Shown: positions 26,300 through 39,860 of the stretch, piece after piece
Numbering within the stretch: the first letter of the stretch is position 1
Layout of the letters: each line of letters opens with the position of its first letter
IMG/VR virus record: IMGVR_UViG_3300044638_006750
Coordinates: 62,001 to 126,000 of that record
Direction: 5' to 3' (one strand)
Length of the DNA stretch: 64,000 nucleotides
Notes under the pieces: generated by a model
The model's input: the letters and a program-made list of their open reading frames with translations, nothing else
Database searches by the model: none
Told to the model about the DNA's origin: nothing
Made by a program: the position numbers and the translations under genes

Positions 26300-26776
26300 A
26301 TGCTTAATAATTTACTACTCAAAGTGTCATTATCAGACGGTTGTGCGGTTGCACAGGATATGTTGACCATAATATGTCCTACTAGCACCCCTACGCCCAC
26401 AGTTACCACAACCCCAACATTGACACCAACAACTACACCCACACCAACACCACTACCTATTGATCAGGTGGCCTATTTCCTTAACCAGACCAATAATTAT
26501 GTTTATACTGTTTCTGGTAATATAGTTGCCAGATTTGCCACCACAAATACTGATGTGTCTGATGTTAGTATTAAGTTGCCAATTGTTCAAACTAGTAGTC
26601 CTAATATTTTGACACCAATTACTATTATTTATCAGAATGTCGTTATTGGACAATTACAAATTGACCCATCTCGCATATTTATTGGCACACCCATAGACAT
26701 AACATTCGCCCTATCCAACGTCGTCTATCAATATACAAATGTTGTTATAACGTCCCCAGCAATCAATTTGAGCTAG
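26300..26776 (+). CDS. Small structural protein with a short PT linker (158 aa)
   Basis: Begins with the C-terminal half of a module A (LLKVSLSDGCAVAQDMLTIIC), followed by a PT tract. No clear SD. Confidence 0.65.
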   Translation: MLNNLLLKVSLSDGCAVAQDMLTIICPTSTPTPTVTTTPTLTPTTTPTPTPLPIDQVAYFLNQTNNYVYTVSGNIVARFATTNTDVSDVSIKLPIVQTSSPNILTPITIIYQNVVIGQLQIDPSRIFIGTPIDITFALSNVVYQYTNVVITSPAINLS

Positions 26777-26788
26777 GAGTTTAAATAA

Positions 26789-27871
26789 ATGATAATCACA
26801 ACCAGGTTTTTTATATTTACGTATTTGGGCAAAGATCCCCTGACGTTATTGACTCCTCCGGCTAATATGTCCTCAGATCAAACTGCTCAATATAATAATT
26901 TTATTCAAAATGTTGATTCTATTTATACATCTCAAAATACTGCTGGTATTATTCCTACTTTCTATAAAACTAATGGTGTTGGAGACAAAAATTCTACATT
27001 GACCCAATTGGAAACCAATAAGGCTTATTATGCCATCATGAGATCAACAGCAACATATCCTGTTTTTATACCGGCTATAGGTGGTTTGGTACAGGGTAGC
27101 GGAGCCACCGGATGTAGCGTCAGCCAGATTCCAATAATATCGTTTCCGGCCCCGTCATTCGTTTTGGAAGGAGAAAATCAAAATTATCAATATTTAACAA
27201 TCAATATTTCTCAATTACTTCCTGGCACTAAATATCAATACAAATTAAGCAATTTCCAGTCCAACTGGCCAGTTAAAATTCTACCCAAAGAAGGCATCAT
27301 CACTCCTCAGAGTACAAGTCAAAATATTAATGCCTATTTGATGTTTGCCCCCTCTTTAGATACAACAGACTGCCCAGACTGCTTCACTAATTATGTACTA
27401 GACCCTGACTATAAAGAAAATTATGGACAAAATAATCTTTATGCTATTCTACAAGTTTCTGTTGTGGCAGAACCATTTGATGCTTGTGTACCAATAGTTC
27501 AGTCTATACCAATAAGATGTAAATCTTGTCTACCCAGAAGAGTAGTAAATTATCCATCTGTCAAATTTACCAATGGTCCAAAGATTTCTTTATCTGGGAC
27601 TTGTGGAGATCAGGCGTTTCCGATTACTGTTGATGCTAGAAATTTTGATAAAGGAAAACCATATAAATATACTTTTAGTGTTGATAATGATAGCTCTATT
27701 ATAACTCCAGCTAGTGGTGTTGTTGGTTTTGGAGACGGCGTTGGACAAATTAGCGCCCTTGTTAATATAAAAAATGTATCACCAATAGTGGCAAAGATTG
27801 AGGTAGTATCTCAAGACGGTATGAACAAAACATCTACGGATTTTATAACTATAGAATGTAGTAACTGCTAA
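26789..27871 (+). CDS. Structural protein with two module A copies (360 aa)
   Basis: Motifs QLLPGTKYQYKL...ILPKEGII and NFDKGKPYKYTF...ITPASGVV. Ends in IECSNC. SD AGGAG. Confidence 0.8.
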   Translation: MIITTRFFIFTYLGKDPLTLLTPPANMSSDQTAQYNNFIQNVDSIYTSQNTAGIIPTFYKTNGVGDKNSTLTQLETNKAYYAIMRSTATYPVFIPAIGGLVQGSGATGCSVSQIPIISFPAPSFVLEGENQNYQYLTINISQLLPGTKYQYKLSNFQSNWPVKILPKEGIITPQSTSQNINAYLMFAPSLDTTDCPDCFTNYVLDPDYKENYGQNNLYAILQVSVVAEPFDACVPIVQSIPIRCKSCLPRRVVNYPSVKFTNGPKISLSGTCGDQAFPITVDARNFDKGKPYKYTFSVDNDSSIITPASGVVGFGDGVGQISALVNIKNVSPIVAKIEVVSQDGMNKTSTDFITIECSNC

Positions 27872-27882
27872 GAGGATAAAGC

Positions 27883-30800
27883 ATGGCGATATATGTTAAA
27901 GGATATAATCCCTGGAATAATCCACAGATATACGGCAGTTTTGGAGACACAAGTTGTGGACAATATCTAGGCGCTGGTGGTATCTATAATGTAACAGCCT
28001 CGTCTTTATTTTATCATAACACTTTTGCTCCAGAGTCTATTGATATTAGCACTGGGGTACAGTCATTTAGCTCTTGTTATACAAATCCGATGGCTGCTGG
28101 TTATAATAATTCTCCAGATTCATGTCCACCATATGTAGGGTCTTATGCCATAGTAGATAATAATGGGGACGTCTATCTACATGCTCCCAAGCATTATGTT
28201 TATGCTGGTCAGTTTGATGCTAATCCTTATCAAACTATGTTTAATAAGTTTGCTTCTTGGCCAAAGCTTGCAGATAAAAAATGGCAAAAAGTTATATTAA
28301 CTCCATTCTCTCTTCATGCCCTTACAACAACTGGACAGTTATGGACTATTATCAACAACAATGTCTATCAAAGTCTTTCTCAGAGTAGTCTAGAGGCATA
28401 TAGTGGTTTAGGTTTAGCATACAGAAGAAGAGTTCCAACTATTTTCGGTAGTATAGCTGGTGGTGATACTTTTATCAGTAGAACATATCCTATGTATGAT
28501 CGTCCATTATCATCGGTATTTAGTTATGCAAATACTATAGATATTTATAGCCCACAAAGAATCGCTTTGTTTGGACCGGAATATAGGAAGACAATTGGAG
28601 ATGGTAATCAAGGAACACTTACGACCATACTTAACGCTAAGGCTGGCATATCTTCATGTTCAAATGGACCTAGTTGGAGATTTAACGATGGTGGTAATTA
28701 TGCTAAAATTTTAGATATGTATAATTCAGTTTACATTTCTTCTCATAGTAGTGTTGCTAATGATGGTAGAACTAATTATACCTCTCCAGGAGATAATCAG
28801 CACAGATCATATACTGTTCCTAGTCCTTATTATACTGATTGGCCCAATATCAGGTCTGGTTCACCAACCTGTGTTCCTGCAAGTAGCGGCAATTGGTTAA
28901 CAAGAATTACTTTAGAAGGTTCTATAGCAGATAATTGGAAAGATATATATCATGTCCATGGATGTTTTTATGGGATCAATACTCTAAACCAAGTTTATGT
29001 TTGGGGTCCAAACGTCCCTACTCTCGGAGTAGTAGACTATCCTAGATTAACGACCTTGGGCGCAGACGGAGGATTAAGGAATATACAAGGAGGATCTACT
29101 GGCCCAGGCTACTCAGCATATACAGCATATGGCATAGACGGTAATGATGATCTAAAATTATGGACCGATATTTCATTAACGCCTGTAACTGTTTATGGTT
29201 CATTTAAAAAAGTTATAGCTGTAAATTCTCTTATGGGCTATAAAAGTGCAGCAAATGGTTTTTTCATAGCTTTAACCAAAACAAATGAAATAGTATTATT
29301 ATACAACATATCATATAATCCAGGTATTGCATTCGATAGTAATCTGAGACCAGCACATAGTTTATCTACCATACCACTAGCATCAACACGAGGAGCGACA
29401 TGGACAGATATTGCTCTAAGTGCTCCGTGGTTTGGATCCGGATCGGGTGTTAGTATAGACGCTATTAGGAGCGACGGTACGGTATTCAATATCTCTGGTA
29501 TTACTACGACATTTGCTGGTATAGTAACACAGCTATCTAATCAACTATCTGCAAATTCATATTTTGCAATGACATCTAACGATGAATTTAGTCAAACCTA
29601 TGCAAATTATTCTGGCTCAAGTATCTTTTCAAATTCTTTAAGTAATATTAATAATACTACTACGAAATATATTACATTCCCCAATGTAGTATATAGCGAT
29701 ACCAATTCATTGATTCCCACACCAACTCCAACCGTAACAAGTACAAGCACACCACCTCCAACACCAACAGCTACTCCAACTAGAACTCCTCCTCCAACCC
29801 AAACTACGACGAATACTTCTACAGTATCTGTTACTCCTACTCAAACACCAACCGGAACAACTACATCAACACCAACCAATACCACAACTCCAACTGTTAC
29901 GCCGACCACAACTCCTACTGCTACCAATACAAGAACACCAACCAATACTTCCACTCCGACTAATACTACAACTCCGACTAATACTCCCACAATCAGTCAA
30001 ACACCAACCAACACCCCCACCATTAGTTTGACACCAACTAATACCGTCACAAGCAGCACTACACCAACTAATACTGCTACTAATACACAAACCCCAACTA
30101 ATACTGTTACGTCTACTATCACTAGCACTCCGACACGTACACAATGTTATTTTACCGACGTTATAAAAAATCCCAGTTTTGAAAATAATGATACTAAAAT
30201 ATTAGATAATTGGGATTATTATAATGTTTATGTATTAGGTGGGCCACAATTAACTGCCGGCTACCTCGGTGGTCAAGGAGGAGTAGGACCAATAAACGAT
30301 GGTAAATATGCTGTTAGTTTAACAGGAAATGCAAATGGCTGGATAAGTCAGGCATTCTATACCAATGTTGGAGATGCGTATGCTATACGCTTCAAATATA
30401 CTGGAAATCCAGGCAACACTAACACACCCAATAATGTATTGAAAACATTAAGAGTCGGTATTGGAGAAAATGATAAATCTATAAATTGGTCTAATGTTAG
30501 TGATAGAGATAATATTAATCCAATATCTTCTACAATGCAAGTGACAGACTTCTCGTTCTCTGCTTCATCTTATCCTTCTCATAGCTTAACAAATTTACAA
30601 TGGGAAGACGGAATCATAACATACACAGCAACGTCCGAATTAACTAGAGTTGTTTTTCAGGATTTATCTACAAGTGTCGATGGTAATGATGGAATCATAA
30701 TAGATAACATCATATCATGTGGTGCTCAATATATAACAAAAACTCCAACGCCAACTTTTACGAATACTCCAACCAATACTCCCACTCAAACAGCAACAGC

Positions 30801-33174
30801 AACTAATACTCCCACCAACACCCCAACTCCTACTCAAACCCCTTCTTCTCCAGAAGATAAGTATTTGTACTTCTGGGGTAAAAATATAGTAAGCGATACT
30901 GCTGGAAAAACTTTTAGAGTTATTCCAGATAGTAGAACATATGTTCAAGTAGCAGACAACCCAAGAATAGATTCTAAATTAGCAACACAGTTATGGTCTA
31001 AAACCTTGGCATTATCCATAGGAGAAAATTTAACATTTAGTTTTGCTGCTAGTGAAAATGGGTCAGAACTATACGGCTGGGGCGGTGCTGATGATAGAGA
31101 AACAGATATCTTTACAGAATTTTATTATCCAGAACTAATTTACAGATTTAATAAGCAAAGAATTCTAGATATTAATTATGGTCAGACAAGTAGAAATATG
31201 TATGTATTATATGTTCTGACCAAGGTGACTGGCGATGATATTGTAAGCTTTCCTGGATTTGGTTTGATATTACCGGGTTATAACCATACCGTTAACCCTC
31301 CATCTAGTATTTATCCCAACATTATTAGAAGCGGGAGTGCAGTCTTACCATTACCAAATGGTGTTAGAGTTCAAGCTGTAAGAGGCACGAATATTCTGTA
31401 CTCAATACCAATTGGCAACAACAGTAGTTCATTGGGTAAATTAGCTAATATAGAAGATATGGTTAACGGCATAGGAACAGGGCTTTCTGACCCCAAGACT
31501 TCGATCAGAATACTTAATACTATTGTCTACTCTGGTGGTAAAATAGTAACAGGTGTAGGCACACTTGTAGAACTTAGTGGATATAATGCCGTAGAAACTT
31601 CATTCCCATCCCTAGACCTAACAAATATTAGTTCGGCTAAAGATATTGATGTGGTTACTAAATTTGATAGAACTACAGGCATTAAAACGGTTACCAGCAG
31701 AATTCCTCGTGCTCCAGATAATAATCTCCCTCCATTATCTTATAGTGAGGGTCCATACCATTCTATGATGATTAGTCAAACAGGTAAGCTATTCGCTAGA
31801 GGATCAAATGAAGGACGTTTTGGCAACAATGGTACTGGTGGAACAACATCTTTTGTGCAAATAGGTTCAGACAATAATTGGAAAAACGTAATCTGTGGCG
31901 TTAACCACACACTTGCCCTAAAACAAGACAACTCGCTATGGAGTTGGGGCTGGAATAACAATGGACAGTTGGGTTTAGGAGATAATTTAGACAGATACAT
32001 TCCTGTTCAGGTGCCGGGAGACTGGAGAAAAGTCAAGGTATTTGATGGTAATATTGGACAACATATTAACTATGGTATTCAAGGAGATGGTTCTATTTGG
32101 TATTGGGGATCCTATATAGGAAATGCTCCGGTTTTATTAGATAACTCTATAGAGTATGACGATTTTTCATTTAGTTGCAGATCATATGATCCTACGCCAA
32201 CACCAACTAATACCGCAACACCAACACTAACACCGAGTAATACGGCTACAAATACTCCTACAAATACTCCCACAATATCTAGTACTCCTAGTCAGACTCC
32301 GACAAATACCAGAACTCCCACAATCACTCCGAGCAACACACCTACTATCAGTATCACTCCAACTAATAGTCCTACAATAAGCCTGTCTCCAACAAATACC
32401 CCGACTATTAGCATTACGCCAACTAATACAAAGACTCCTACCAGAACTCCTACAACAACACCAACTAACACAGTAACACCTGGTTTAACAGCGACACCTA
32501 CCGCTACACCAACACAAACGCCAACAAACAGCGTAACTCCATCGAGAACTCCAAGTAACACTCCTACAAACACATTTACTCCAACCAACACAAGAACACC
32601 CACTAATACTCCAAGCTATTCTCCGACTAACACTGTGACTCCAAGTAATACTCCGACCAATACTATTACTCCTTCGAATACGGCTACTCCAACTCCAAGT
32701 CCCAGATATGTCAATGTATTAACAGCAAGTCAAACCAATAAATCGGCTATTATAGGTTTATCAGTGTCTCATACCTGGAGTCAAAGTTTTGTTAATAATA
32801 TTTTTGGTAGACTTTCTAGAATAGAAACTATGTTTGTTGGATTCTATGCTGGTACGGGCCAATTAGAGGTATATAGTGGACAACCAGGGAATAATTTAAC
32901 ACTATTACATAGTCAGAATGTTAGCATTTCTGCTAGCAATTCTTATGATTATACTATATGGGATATTACCTCTGGCGTTAATATTAATTTAATTCCTGGA
33001 AATACATATACTATTAAATTTATTCCTAATAATGACTTACCAGATCCATATGGTATGGTAATTAGTTTGAATAATCAATATATTGGAGGAACCTTCTGTG
33101 AAGATGAATTGTGTATTAAAACTGATAGAGATCTAGTCTTTAGGGCTTATGTTGGGGTGTTGGCCACATCCTAG
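27883..33174 (+). CDS. Large fibre/adhesin protein (1763 aa): RCC1-like repeats, PT linkers, intact DUF642/choice-of-anchor-C-like domain, C-terminal beta-sandwich
   Basis: RCC1 consensus [30 protein letters not shown] (about 31890-31980). DUF642-like KNPSFEN...[23 protein letters not shown]...IIDNI (about 30160-30720). Three long PT tracts. Confidence 0.8.
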   Translation: MAIYVKGYNPWNNPQIYGSFGDTSCGQYLGAGGIYNVTASSLFYHNTFAPESIDISTGVQSFSSCYTNPMAAGYNNSPDSCPPYVGSYAIVDNNGDVYLHAPKHYVYAGQFDANPYQTMFNKFASWPKLADKKWQKVILTPFSLHALTTTGQLWTIINNNVYQSLSQSSLEAYSGLGLAYRRRVPTIFGSIAGGDTFISRTYPMYDRPLSSVFSYANTIDIYSPQRIALFGPEYRKTIGDGNQGTLTTILNAKAGISSCSNGPSWRFNDGGNYAKILDMYNSVYISSHSSVANDGRTNYTSPGDNQHRSYTVPSPYYTDWPNIRSGSPTCVPASSGNWLTRITLEGSIADNWKDIYHVHGCFYGINTLNQVYVWGPNVPTLGVVDYPRLTTLGADGGLRNIQGGSTGPGYSAYTAYGIDGNDDLKLWTDISLTPVTVYGSFKKVIAVNSLMGYKSAANGFFIALTKTNEIVLLYNISYNPGIAFDSNLRPAHSLSTIPLASTRGATWTDIALSAPWFGSGSGVSIDAIRSDGTVFNISGITTTFAGIVTQLSNQLSANSYFAMTSNDEFSQTYANYSGSSIFSNSLSNINNTTTKYITFPNVVYSDTNSLIPTPTPTVTSTSTPPPTPTATPTRTPPPTQTTTNTSTVSVTPTQTPTGTTTSTPTNTTTPTVTPTTTPTATNTRTPTNTSTPTNTTTPTNTPTISQTPTNTPTISLTPTNTVTSSTTPTNTATNTQTPTNTVTSTITSTPTRTQCYFTDVIKNPSFENNDTKILDNWDYYNVYVLGGPQLTAGYLGGQGGVGPINDGKYAVSLTGNANGWISQAFYTNVGDAYAIRFKYTGNPGNTNTPNNVLKTLRVGIGENDKSINWSNVSDRDNINPISSTMQVTDFSFSASSYPSHSLTNLQWEDGIITYTATSELTRVVFQDLSTSVDGNDGIIIDNIISCGAQYITKTPTPTFTNTPTNTPTQTATATNTPTNTPTPTQTPSSPEDKYLYFWGKNIVSDTAGKTFRVIPDSRTYVQVADNPRIDSKLATQLWSKTLALSIGENLTFSFAASENGSELYGWGGADDRETDIFTEFYYPELIYRFNKQRILDINYGQTSRNMYVLYVLTKVTGDDIVSFPGFGLILPGYNHTVNPPSSIYPNIIRSGSAVLPLPNGVRVQAVRGTNILYSIPIGNNSSSLGKLANIEDMVNGIGTGLSDPKTSIRILNTIVYSGGKIVTGVGTLVELSGYNAVETSFPSLDLTNISSAKDIDVVTKFDRTTGIKTVTSRIPRAPDNNLPPLSYSEGPYHSMMISQTGKLFARGSNEGRFGNNGTGGTTSFVQIGSDNNWKNVICGVNHTLALKQDNSLWSWGWNNNGQLGLGDNLDRYIPVQVPGDWRKVKVFDGNIGQHINYGIQGDGSIWYWGSYIGNAPVLLDNSIEYDDFSFSCRSYDPTPTPTNTATPTLTPSNTATNTPTNTPTISSTPSQTPTNTRTPTITPSNTPTISITPTNSPTISLSPTNTPTISITPTNTKTPTRTPTTTPTNTVTPGLTATPTATPTQTPTNSVTPSRTPSNTPTNTFTPTNTRTPTNTPSYSPTNTVTPSNTPTNTITPSNTATPTPSPRYVNVLTASQTNKSAIIGLSVSHTWSQSFVNNIFGRLSRIETMFVGFYAGTGQLEVYSGQPGNNLTLLHSQNVSISASNSYDYTIWDITSGVNINLIPGNTYTIKFIPNNDLPDPYGMVISLNNQYIGGTFCEDELCIKTDRDLVFRAYVGVLATS
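29715..30140 (+). repeat. Pro/Thr-rich linker in 27883..33174
   Basis: Direct translation. Confidence 0.9.
32190..32703 (+). repeat. Pro/Thr-rich linker in 27883..33174
   Basis: Direct translation. Confidence 0.9.
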
Positions 33175-33185
33175 GAGAATTATAG

Positions 33186-36100
33186 ATGCTTGAAATTGTA
33201 CAAGTTATAAATGGATCAATCAGTAATGGTGTTCTACCTCCACTAAATGGTAGCATTATTTCATCATATAATTATCATGGATGTGATAATGCCGTATTTG
33301 ATTATTTTTTAACTATTACTGCTTCTGATGGAGTTTCTAATAAAAGAGAAATATTTTTATTTACTATTAATCACAATACATCTAGATCAATAAACATTGG
33401 TGGAGTAATATACCCACCATATGGAGGAAGAATACCAGCACAACAAACTCTGACCGGTATTCCTGTCCCATTAAGCGGAGAAAGATATTTTATAAATGTA
33501 AAACCTAATAGATTAACGCCCAATCCTCATTGGGGTCCAATGAATCTATGTATTACTAATAGTCAATATAATTTAGGGTTTGCCACAGCGTCAAGATCAG
33601 CTTCTGGTAGATGCGCTGATCCATTGGGCGGAATAACACAGGTTTTTCCTACCCCATTACCTACAACAACGCCGACCCCAACTCCTACAAGGATTATTTC
33701 TCAATGCAAATATAATTTAATACTAAATCCAAGAATTAATAATTTATCTAATCCATTAGATACTGGTGTTGATATAGCAGCAGATTTGGTTAATCGAAGT
33801 ACACCTCTATCTATTACTTCCACAGGTACTATTAGTGTCAATCTGGCCGGAACCCCAGCAACAAATGCGGATGGATTTTCTGCAATAATATCTCCTCTTG
33901 GATTTCCGATACAGAGCCTATTAGGTAGAATAGGAACTTCAGGTAAAATTTTTAGAGTCGGATCATCTTACCTTAATTTTCCTACAGAGACCGGTAGACT
34001 TTATTTATTTATAGAAGATGGTATCCCGTCAGATAATAGTGGACAATTTATTATCTCTGTAAGCTATGGATTTACTCCATGTATCAGTCAAACCCCGACA
34101 TCATCGGCAACTCCGACACAGACGCCACCAACAACACCGTGTATATTCAATAATAGTATACTTAGTAATAATAGTTTTGAAAATGGTATAGTTGACTGGG
34201 ATAAATATGTGGTTTCTTTGGCTCCCAACAAAGGCAAAATAGCTTTATCTCTTGGGATGAATGGACCAAATGGATCTAAAAATTTTATAGACAGCAGCCC
34301 ACTAGCCAAAACTATTAAATTATATGGCGACCCGATAATTACAAACTTAAACTATAAAGTAGGTACATCAAGCGGTTACTTCAACCAATCTGCTATAATT
34401 CCAGACTCTATTTCGTGTAATAATTTTTTCTTAGATGCTACTAAAACAGGACTCTTTAATACTGGTGTTTATTTCGATGTTGGAGACGATATTTTCGTTT
34501 CGGTTGAAGGCTGCGGAACCTTTAATGGATCAACTCCTTTTAGTAATGATTATATCAATGGGATTATATTCGATTCACCGGTCTCAGCTATAGGTCCGGT
34601 GTCTGGTAGTTCGGTTCTATATTTTGGTCAAGAATATACAGGAAAAGCCACGTCATCTGGATATTTATTTTTGGGGATTAGAGACACAGATAATATATAC
34701 TCAAATAATACAGGAGGATATTGTGCCTGTGTTAAGAAAAACATAAACGACCCAGACTGTAACAGTATTACCAATAGTCCTAATAGGTTTATAGATCAAA
34801 CCAGATGTAAACAAAATATTCAAAACTGGATTTATTTAGATGATAATAAAGATTGGGATTTTATATGCAGTGGAGACTTTACTCTCGAAATGTGGATTAA
34901 TTTTGATGATGTTTCCAAACTTATAGGTATCTGTGGACAGTCAGATGGAAGATTATTACAAAATAAATGGGGATTATATTATAATGGATTATCATCAACA
35001 AGTGTCGTTAGTGCTGGACATATAGGTATATTAGTAGCAGATAAAACTTTCTCGTCGTCTATTAGCGTACCATGGAAACCTATAGTTGGAAGATGGTATA
35101 ATTTAGTTATTACTAGAGAAGATGATAATTGGAGATTTTTTATAGATGGTGTCCAAATTGGATCAACAATTGTTTCATCTGTTAGACCAGGAAGATCTGT
35201 TGGAGAATTAAGAATAGGTGCAGATGGTGAAAATTTTGCTAGATTCAGTGGGTTTATGAATAGCTTTAGAATAGTTAAAGGTTATGTGGTCTACAGAAAT
35301 AACTTCACCCCCTCCACTGTCCCACTAACCAATAATTTACCTATAACAGTAAGTAATTCTGATATTGATTCTGTTGTAGATGGTAATGAAAGTATACTTC
35401 TTAATGCTGGTGGATGGGTGTCTCAAAAATTCTTAGCTAGCCCAGGTCAGAGATATTTAGTTAAATTTAAATATAGTTCGGATACTGCTAATAAAAATAT
35501 TTTACTTCCAACGCCTACAGTCACACCCAGTATCACCCCATCAAGAAGAAATTTTGCTCCTTCTGACTTAAACGACCAACAAATTACTGTCGGTAGTGGA
35601 CCTGTTGATTTAGTTTCGGATCCATCGAATCGTAAATTATATGTAGCTAATTCATTAAGCAATACTATTAGTGTCATAGATCCTTATGGATACAAAATAC
35701 TTAATACTTTTCAAACATCTGCTAGTCCTGTTAGTTTGAGCATCAATAAGAAAACAAATAAATTATATATAGCTAATAGTACGAGTAATTTAATTACTAT
35801 TATTGATACTAATACAGACGCGTTCATCAAAACTATCAATATTAATGATGGTCCGAAGCATATAACCGTAGATGATATTTTGAATAAAGTATATGTATGT
35901 ACAAACACGTCTGTAGTAGTTTTAGACGGATACACTGATCAAGTGCTGTATATAGTAGATTGTAGAAGCTATGGAGGTATCCCCACTAAGACTGTTCTGG
36001 ATATCTCGCTCAACAGGGTGTTTGTGTTATTAGATTATCAATCTTATAATACTAATATTACATCTTTTATCTATTTCGATGGTAATGCCAACACCAACCC

Positions 36101-39100
36101 TTCAGTTTCTACGATAGCAGGAGAACCTCTTAAAGACTTCTATATTGATTCAACAGTTAACTCACTACATGCCACATATAAATTCACTGGCAGAAGCACA
36201 GACTACCAGCTTTTCAGACTAAACACAATAACCCTCGACAGATCTTTGTCTGCTGAATTTTTTCTATCTGGTGGAACCACCAAGCTAGTTGTTAGCGGAT
36301 TAGATTTACTATATGATCAGTCTAATGGCAAAACATATCTATACAATAAGTCCACAAATAGTTTGTATGCCACATACTCCGCATATATCACTGGATCAAT
36401 TAATAAAGTTTTTGTCGCTTTGGCATTATCATATGCTGGATCATTTATCAGGCTTAATGAGGTTTATACTGACTCTAGAATCATATTTATTAATAGCAGT
36501 AATTCAAGAATCTTTTTGATCAATGTTCCAAACCAATTACCTCTATCAGTATCTCTAGATACTGTCGCAACTGGTAATAGACCCATAGATGGAGATATTA
36601 ATCCAACCACGCTAAAAGCATATATAACTAATTTTAACAGCGAAGACATTACTGTACTTAATGGTTTAACCAATAATCCTCTATCCACTATAAGTAGACA
36701 AACTATTGTAGTAGGCAAGAATCCGAGAGCCTCAGCGATAAATAAAAATACTAATAAGATTTATGTTGCTTTAATTACTACTAGTCAAATTGCTGTTATA
36801 GATGGAGATACCGACACAGTAGAACAATATATTTCAGTATCTAAATTCCCACAATATATAACAGTAGATCATGCTTTAAACAGAATTTATGTCTCCACCG
36901 CTTCTACAATCGACATCATTGACTGCACAAATAATAGTGTTATAGCTTCTGTGGCTCATGGCATCAAAAGCGGACAGTTAGGCAAAGGGATTGTAGATTC
37001 TAGTGCTCAAAGAGTATTCTTTATTGTAGATTATAGTTCTTTAGTAAATCCAACCACAAATAGCTTTAGGGTTGATGCAGACTCCACAGACATTTCTTTT
37101 GTTTATTTTAACACAAACTTCACTACCGCACCAGATTTACAATCTATTAATTATGGACCAATAAGTGATTTCTTTATTGATGAATTCTTTAATAATTTAT
37201 ATGGTATTCCTTTTAATCCAACAACTACATCTTTTGTAAGAATAAATACTATTACGTTAGCTAATAGTGTGTCTCCTGATCTATTAAATAATAGCGGCGT
37301 ACCAATAACTATAGGACGATCATCTATATATTTCAATAGTGTATCGGGCAGAGTTTTGGTATATAATATTGATACAACAACAATTTATAGTTTTTATGTG
37401 TTAAGCTTAAATGGCGTTGCTGACTTTAAGGTTTCTACATATTTGAGCAATGTTATCAACATTAAATCTTTATTTATCAATACTGCATTTGATGATAATA
37501 GAGTTTATTTATTAAATAGTGATTATGATAGGATCAATATAGCCGATCCATCCACAGTACTTAATGTTACGTTTACGCCCACTCCGACTAGGGCTACGGC
37601 GACTCCTACCGCAACTCCAACAATTACTCCTCCAAATAATACCAAAGATTTGTTGGTCGGATTAGGCGCAGATAATAATTCAGTGTTGTGGGCTAATCCT
37701 ACATCTTCTTTTGATCCAATGGCTGGTCTATCAACCACAAACTTTAGCTATAATCCAGATTCATACACAGGTCATTCTCTTAATAATGTAGTTTGGGCAG
37801 AGGGGACCGTCTTGTTTAGTCCCACAGTTCCTACAAATAGAATAGTATTTAAGAGTAATTCGGGCAATATCTTGCTTGATTCAATTACAGTTTGTGGACA
37901 GTTGAATATAACAAAAACTCCTACTCCAACAAATACGGTCACTCCTAGTATTACTCCAACAAAAACCCCAACTAGTAGTGTTACACCTAGTATTACCCCT
38001 ACTATTTATTCTGATCCAGCCTTAAATATTAAACACTATCTTGGAGTAAGTAGAAAAAAGAATTTATATAGTTGGGGATTGAATAATAATGGTGAGCTAG
38101 GCCAAGGCGACACAATATCTCGTATTGCTCCAACATTATTTAGAGTGCCGGGTTGGAAAAAAGTTATTAGCAATCCATATTTCTTAACTGCCGATCCTGG
38201 AAAAAATATCGGTAATTTATGGTATGGTATTAAAAATAACTTTACTCTATGGGAATGGAGAGAAAACTCTCCCTCTAGTTTGGATGGTGAGCTACTTTTT
38301 GTTACCCCTAATGTATTTACATTTGTATATAAAAATGCTAGTTCTATATACTATATACATAGTAATTCTCGTAAATTATATAGCTATGACTTAGTAAACT
38401 ACAAGAGGAGCGATAATCCAATTATAGAGGAAAAAGTTTATGATGTAGTTAGTATAGCTCAAAATTTCTTTGCTATTTTATATGAAGGCGAAACCGATTT
38501 GCTTATCAGAATCAATGGAGAAGATAGTTTCTTAAAGTTTAATAAAGACGAATTTTTACAACTATCTGCTAATAGCAATGGTACATTATTTGCTATTAGA
38601 AATGACCAAAAACTATATGCTTTAGGGAATAACGCTAATGGGCAGATAGGAAATAATAGTAAACAATATGTTCAATTTTTAACTCAAATCGGAAATATCT
38701 CTTGGAAATACATAAGTAGTGGTTCTAGACATACTCTTGGCATTACAGTAGACGGTCTCCTATACGGATGGGGGGATAATTTTTACGGACAATTGGGAGA
38801 CGGTACTGCTAGAGAAAGACTGGTGCCTACCGCATCTTCTAATGTTTCTGTCGATTGGACAGAGGTTTTTGCCGGTAATCAATACTCTCTAGGGAAGAAA
38901 GAAGACAATACTCTATACGGCTGGGGTTTGAATAATGAATTTATGTTGGGATTATTCCCGCCGACCACAAACAATTTTTCTGTACCGACCCCTCTTCTTG
39001 GAGTATGGACAGATATTACTTTGTCTAATAATAGCATATTTGCCCTTGGCGAACCACCACCAACACCAACACCATCTGTTACTACCACTGTTACTCCGTC

Positions 39101-39845
39101 TATTACTACGACTAGAACACCAACAGTAACGCCAACTACTAGTAATACGCCAACAAAAACTCCAACATGTACGGGAACTTCGACACCAACTAATACTGCT
39201 ACACCAACAAATACAGTTACAAATAGTGCTACCCCAACAAACACTCCAACTCCAACCCTTACAGGAACTGCAACCGTTACGCCCACAATTACAAATACTC
39301 CCACCAACACATCTACTCCGACCAACACTCCAACAAAAACTGTTACTAGAACCCCAACTAATACTCCTACAAATACCGTTACTCCTAGTGCTACGAGTAC
39401 TCAGACTCCTACATCTACTATAACAAATACTCCAACAAATAGTGCTACTCCAACTAATACGCCTACCATGACCCCAACACGCACTATGACATTAACACCA
39501 AGTAATTCACCTACACCAACAGTTACTCCATCAACAAGTCCACTACTGACAGTATTTTTCTACTATATCTCTGAAGACCAAACAGATATATGCAATAATA
39601 AAGAGGCTAATACTGTTAGAGTGATAAGTGTATACGATAGAGACAATAATCTACAAAGCGGATCTTTCTTATACAAAGATAAAAATGCCAACAATAAGTG
39701 GGAATTTGACGATTTACAAACGATACTAAATACCAGTGCTTCTATAATATACATGCTAGAATTAAATTCTAATAAACTATCAACACTTATTGCAGATAAT
39801 AGTGGTTATGCTATAATAGATCAACAGGACATCAGCTGCTCTTAA
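33186..39845 (+). CDS. Giant multi-lectin fibre/adhesin protein (2219 aa): two LecA/PA-IL-like domains, LamG, split DUF642, two YVTN propellers, RCC1 repeats, PT linkers, module B
   Basis: LecA-like SLLGRIG...FRVG...GRLYL..ED...DNSGQF. Lam[10 protein letters not shown]...WYNLVITRE...FIDGV...[15 protein letters not shown] blades [19 protein letters not shown]1 [28 protein letters not shown]. Confidence 0.85.
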   Translation: MLEIVQVINGSISNGVLPPLNGSIISSYNYHGCDNAVFDYFLTITASDGVSNKREIFLFTINHNTSRSINIGGVIYPPYGGRIPAQQTLTGIPVPLSGERYFINVKPNRLTPNPHWGPMNLCITNSQYNLGFATASRSASGRCADPLGGITQVFPTPLPTTTPTPTPTRIISQCKYNLILNPRINNLSNPLDTGVDIAADLVNRSTPLSITSTGTISVNLAGTPATNADGFSAIISPLGFPIQSLLGRIGTSGKIFRVGSSYLNFPTETGRLYLFIEDGIPSDNSGQFIISVSYGFTPCISQTPTSSATPTQTPPTTPCIFNNSILSNNSFENGIVDWDKYVVSLAPNKGKIALSLGMNGPNGSKNFIDSSPLAKTIKLYGDPIITNLNYKVGTSSGYFNQSAIIPDSISCNNFFLDATKTGLFNTGVYFDVGDDIFVSVEGCGTFNGSTPFSNDYINGIIFDSPVSAIGPVSGSSVLYFGQEYTGKATSSGYLFLGIRDTDNIYSNNTGGYCACVKKNINDPDCNSITNSPNRFIDQTRCKQNIQNWIYLDDNKDWDFICSGDFTLEMWINFDDVSKLIGICGQSDGRLLQNKWGLYYNGLSSTSVVSAGHIGILVADKTFSSSISVPWKPIVGRWYNLVITREDDNWRFFIDGVQIGSTIVSSVRPGRSVGELRIGADGENFARFSGFMNSFRIVKGYVVYRNNFTPSTVPLTNNLPITVSNSDIDSVVDGNESILLNAGGWVSQKFLASPGQRYLVKFKYSSDTANKNILLPTPTVTPSITPSRRNFAPSDLNDQQITVGSGPVDLVSDPSNRKLYVANSLSNTISVIDPYGYKILNTFQTSASPVSLSINKKTNKLYIANSTSNLITIIDTNTDAFIKTININDGPKHITVDDILNKVYVCTNTSVVVLDGYTDQVLYIVDCRSYGGIPTKTVLDISLNRVFVLLDYQSYNTNITSFIYFDGNANTNPSVSTIAGEPLKDFYIDSTVNSLHATYKFTGRSTDYQLFRLNTITLDRSLSAEFFLSGGTTKLVVSGLDLLYDQSNGKTYLYNKSTNSLYATYSAYITGSINKVFVALALSYAGSFIRLNEVYTDSRIIFINSSNSRIFLINVPNQLPLSVSLDTVATGNRPIDGDINPTTLKAYITNFNSEDITVLNGLTNNPLSTISRQTIVVGKNPRASAINKNTNKIYVALITTSQIAVIDGDTDTVEQYISVSKFPQYITVDHALNRIYVSTASTIDIIDCTNNSVIASVAHGIKSGQLGKGIVDSSAQRVFFIVDYSSLVNPTTNSFRVDADSTDISFVYFNTNFTTAPDLQSINYGPISDFFIDEFFNNLYGIPFNPTTTSFVRINTITLANSVSPDLLNNSGVPITIGRSSIYFNSVSGRVLVYNIDTTTIYSFYVLSLNGVADFKVSTYLSNVINIKSLFINTAFDDNRVYLLNSDYDRINIADPSTVLNVTFTPTPTRATATPTATPTITPPNNTKDLLVGLGADNNSVLWANPTSSFDPMAGLSTTNFSYNPDSYTGHSLNNVVWAEGTVLFSPTVPTNRIVFKSNSGNILLDSITVCGQLNITKTPTPTNTVTPSITPTKTPTSSVTPSITPTIYSDPALNIKHYLGVSRKKNLYSWGLNNNGELGQGDTISRIAPTLFRVPGWKKVISNPYFLTADPGKNIGNLWYGIKNNFTLWEWRENSPSSLDGELLFVTPNVFTFVYKNASSIYYIHSNSRKLYSYDLVNYKRSDNPIIEEKVYDVVSIAQNFFAILYEGETDLLIRINGEDSFLKFNKDEFLQLSANSNGTLFAIRNDQKLYALGNNANGQIGNNSKQYVQFLTQIGNISWKYISSGSRHTLGITVDGLLYGWGDNFYGQLGDGTARERLVPTASSNVSVDWTEVFAGNQYSLGKKEDNTLYGWGLNNEFMLGLFPPTTNNFSVPTPLLGVWTDITLSNNSIFALGEPPPTPTPSVTTTVTPSITTTRTPTVTPTTSNTPTKTPTCTGTSTPTNTATPTNTVTNSATPTNTPTPTLTGTATVTPTITNTPTNTSTPTNTPTKTVTRTPTNTPTNTVTPSATSTQTPTSTITNTPTNSATPTNTPTMTPTRTMTLTPSNSPTPTVTPSTSPLLTVFFYYISEDQTDICNNKEANTVRVISVYDRDNNLQSGSFLYKDKNANNKWEFDDLQTILNTSASIIYMLELNSNKLSTLIADNSGYAIIDQQDISCS
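39055..39540 (+). repeat. Pro/Thr-rich linker in 33186..39845
   Basis: Direct translation. Confidence 0.9.
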
Positions 39846-39860
39846 ATAGTAGAATAAATA

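Noticed and set aside
26267-26300. Read-through fusion of 24833..26269 into 26300..26776 (same frame)
   Set aside because: Three in-frame stops (TAA, TAG, TAA) intervene.
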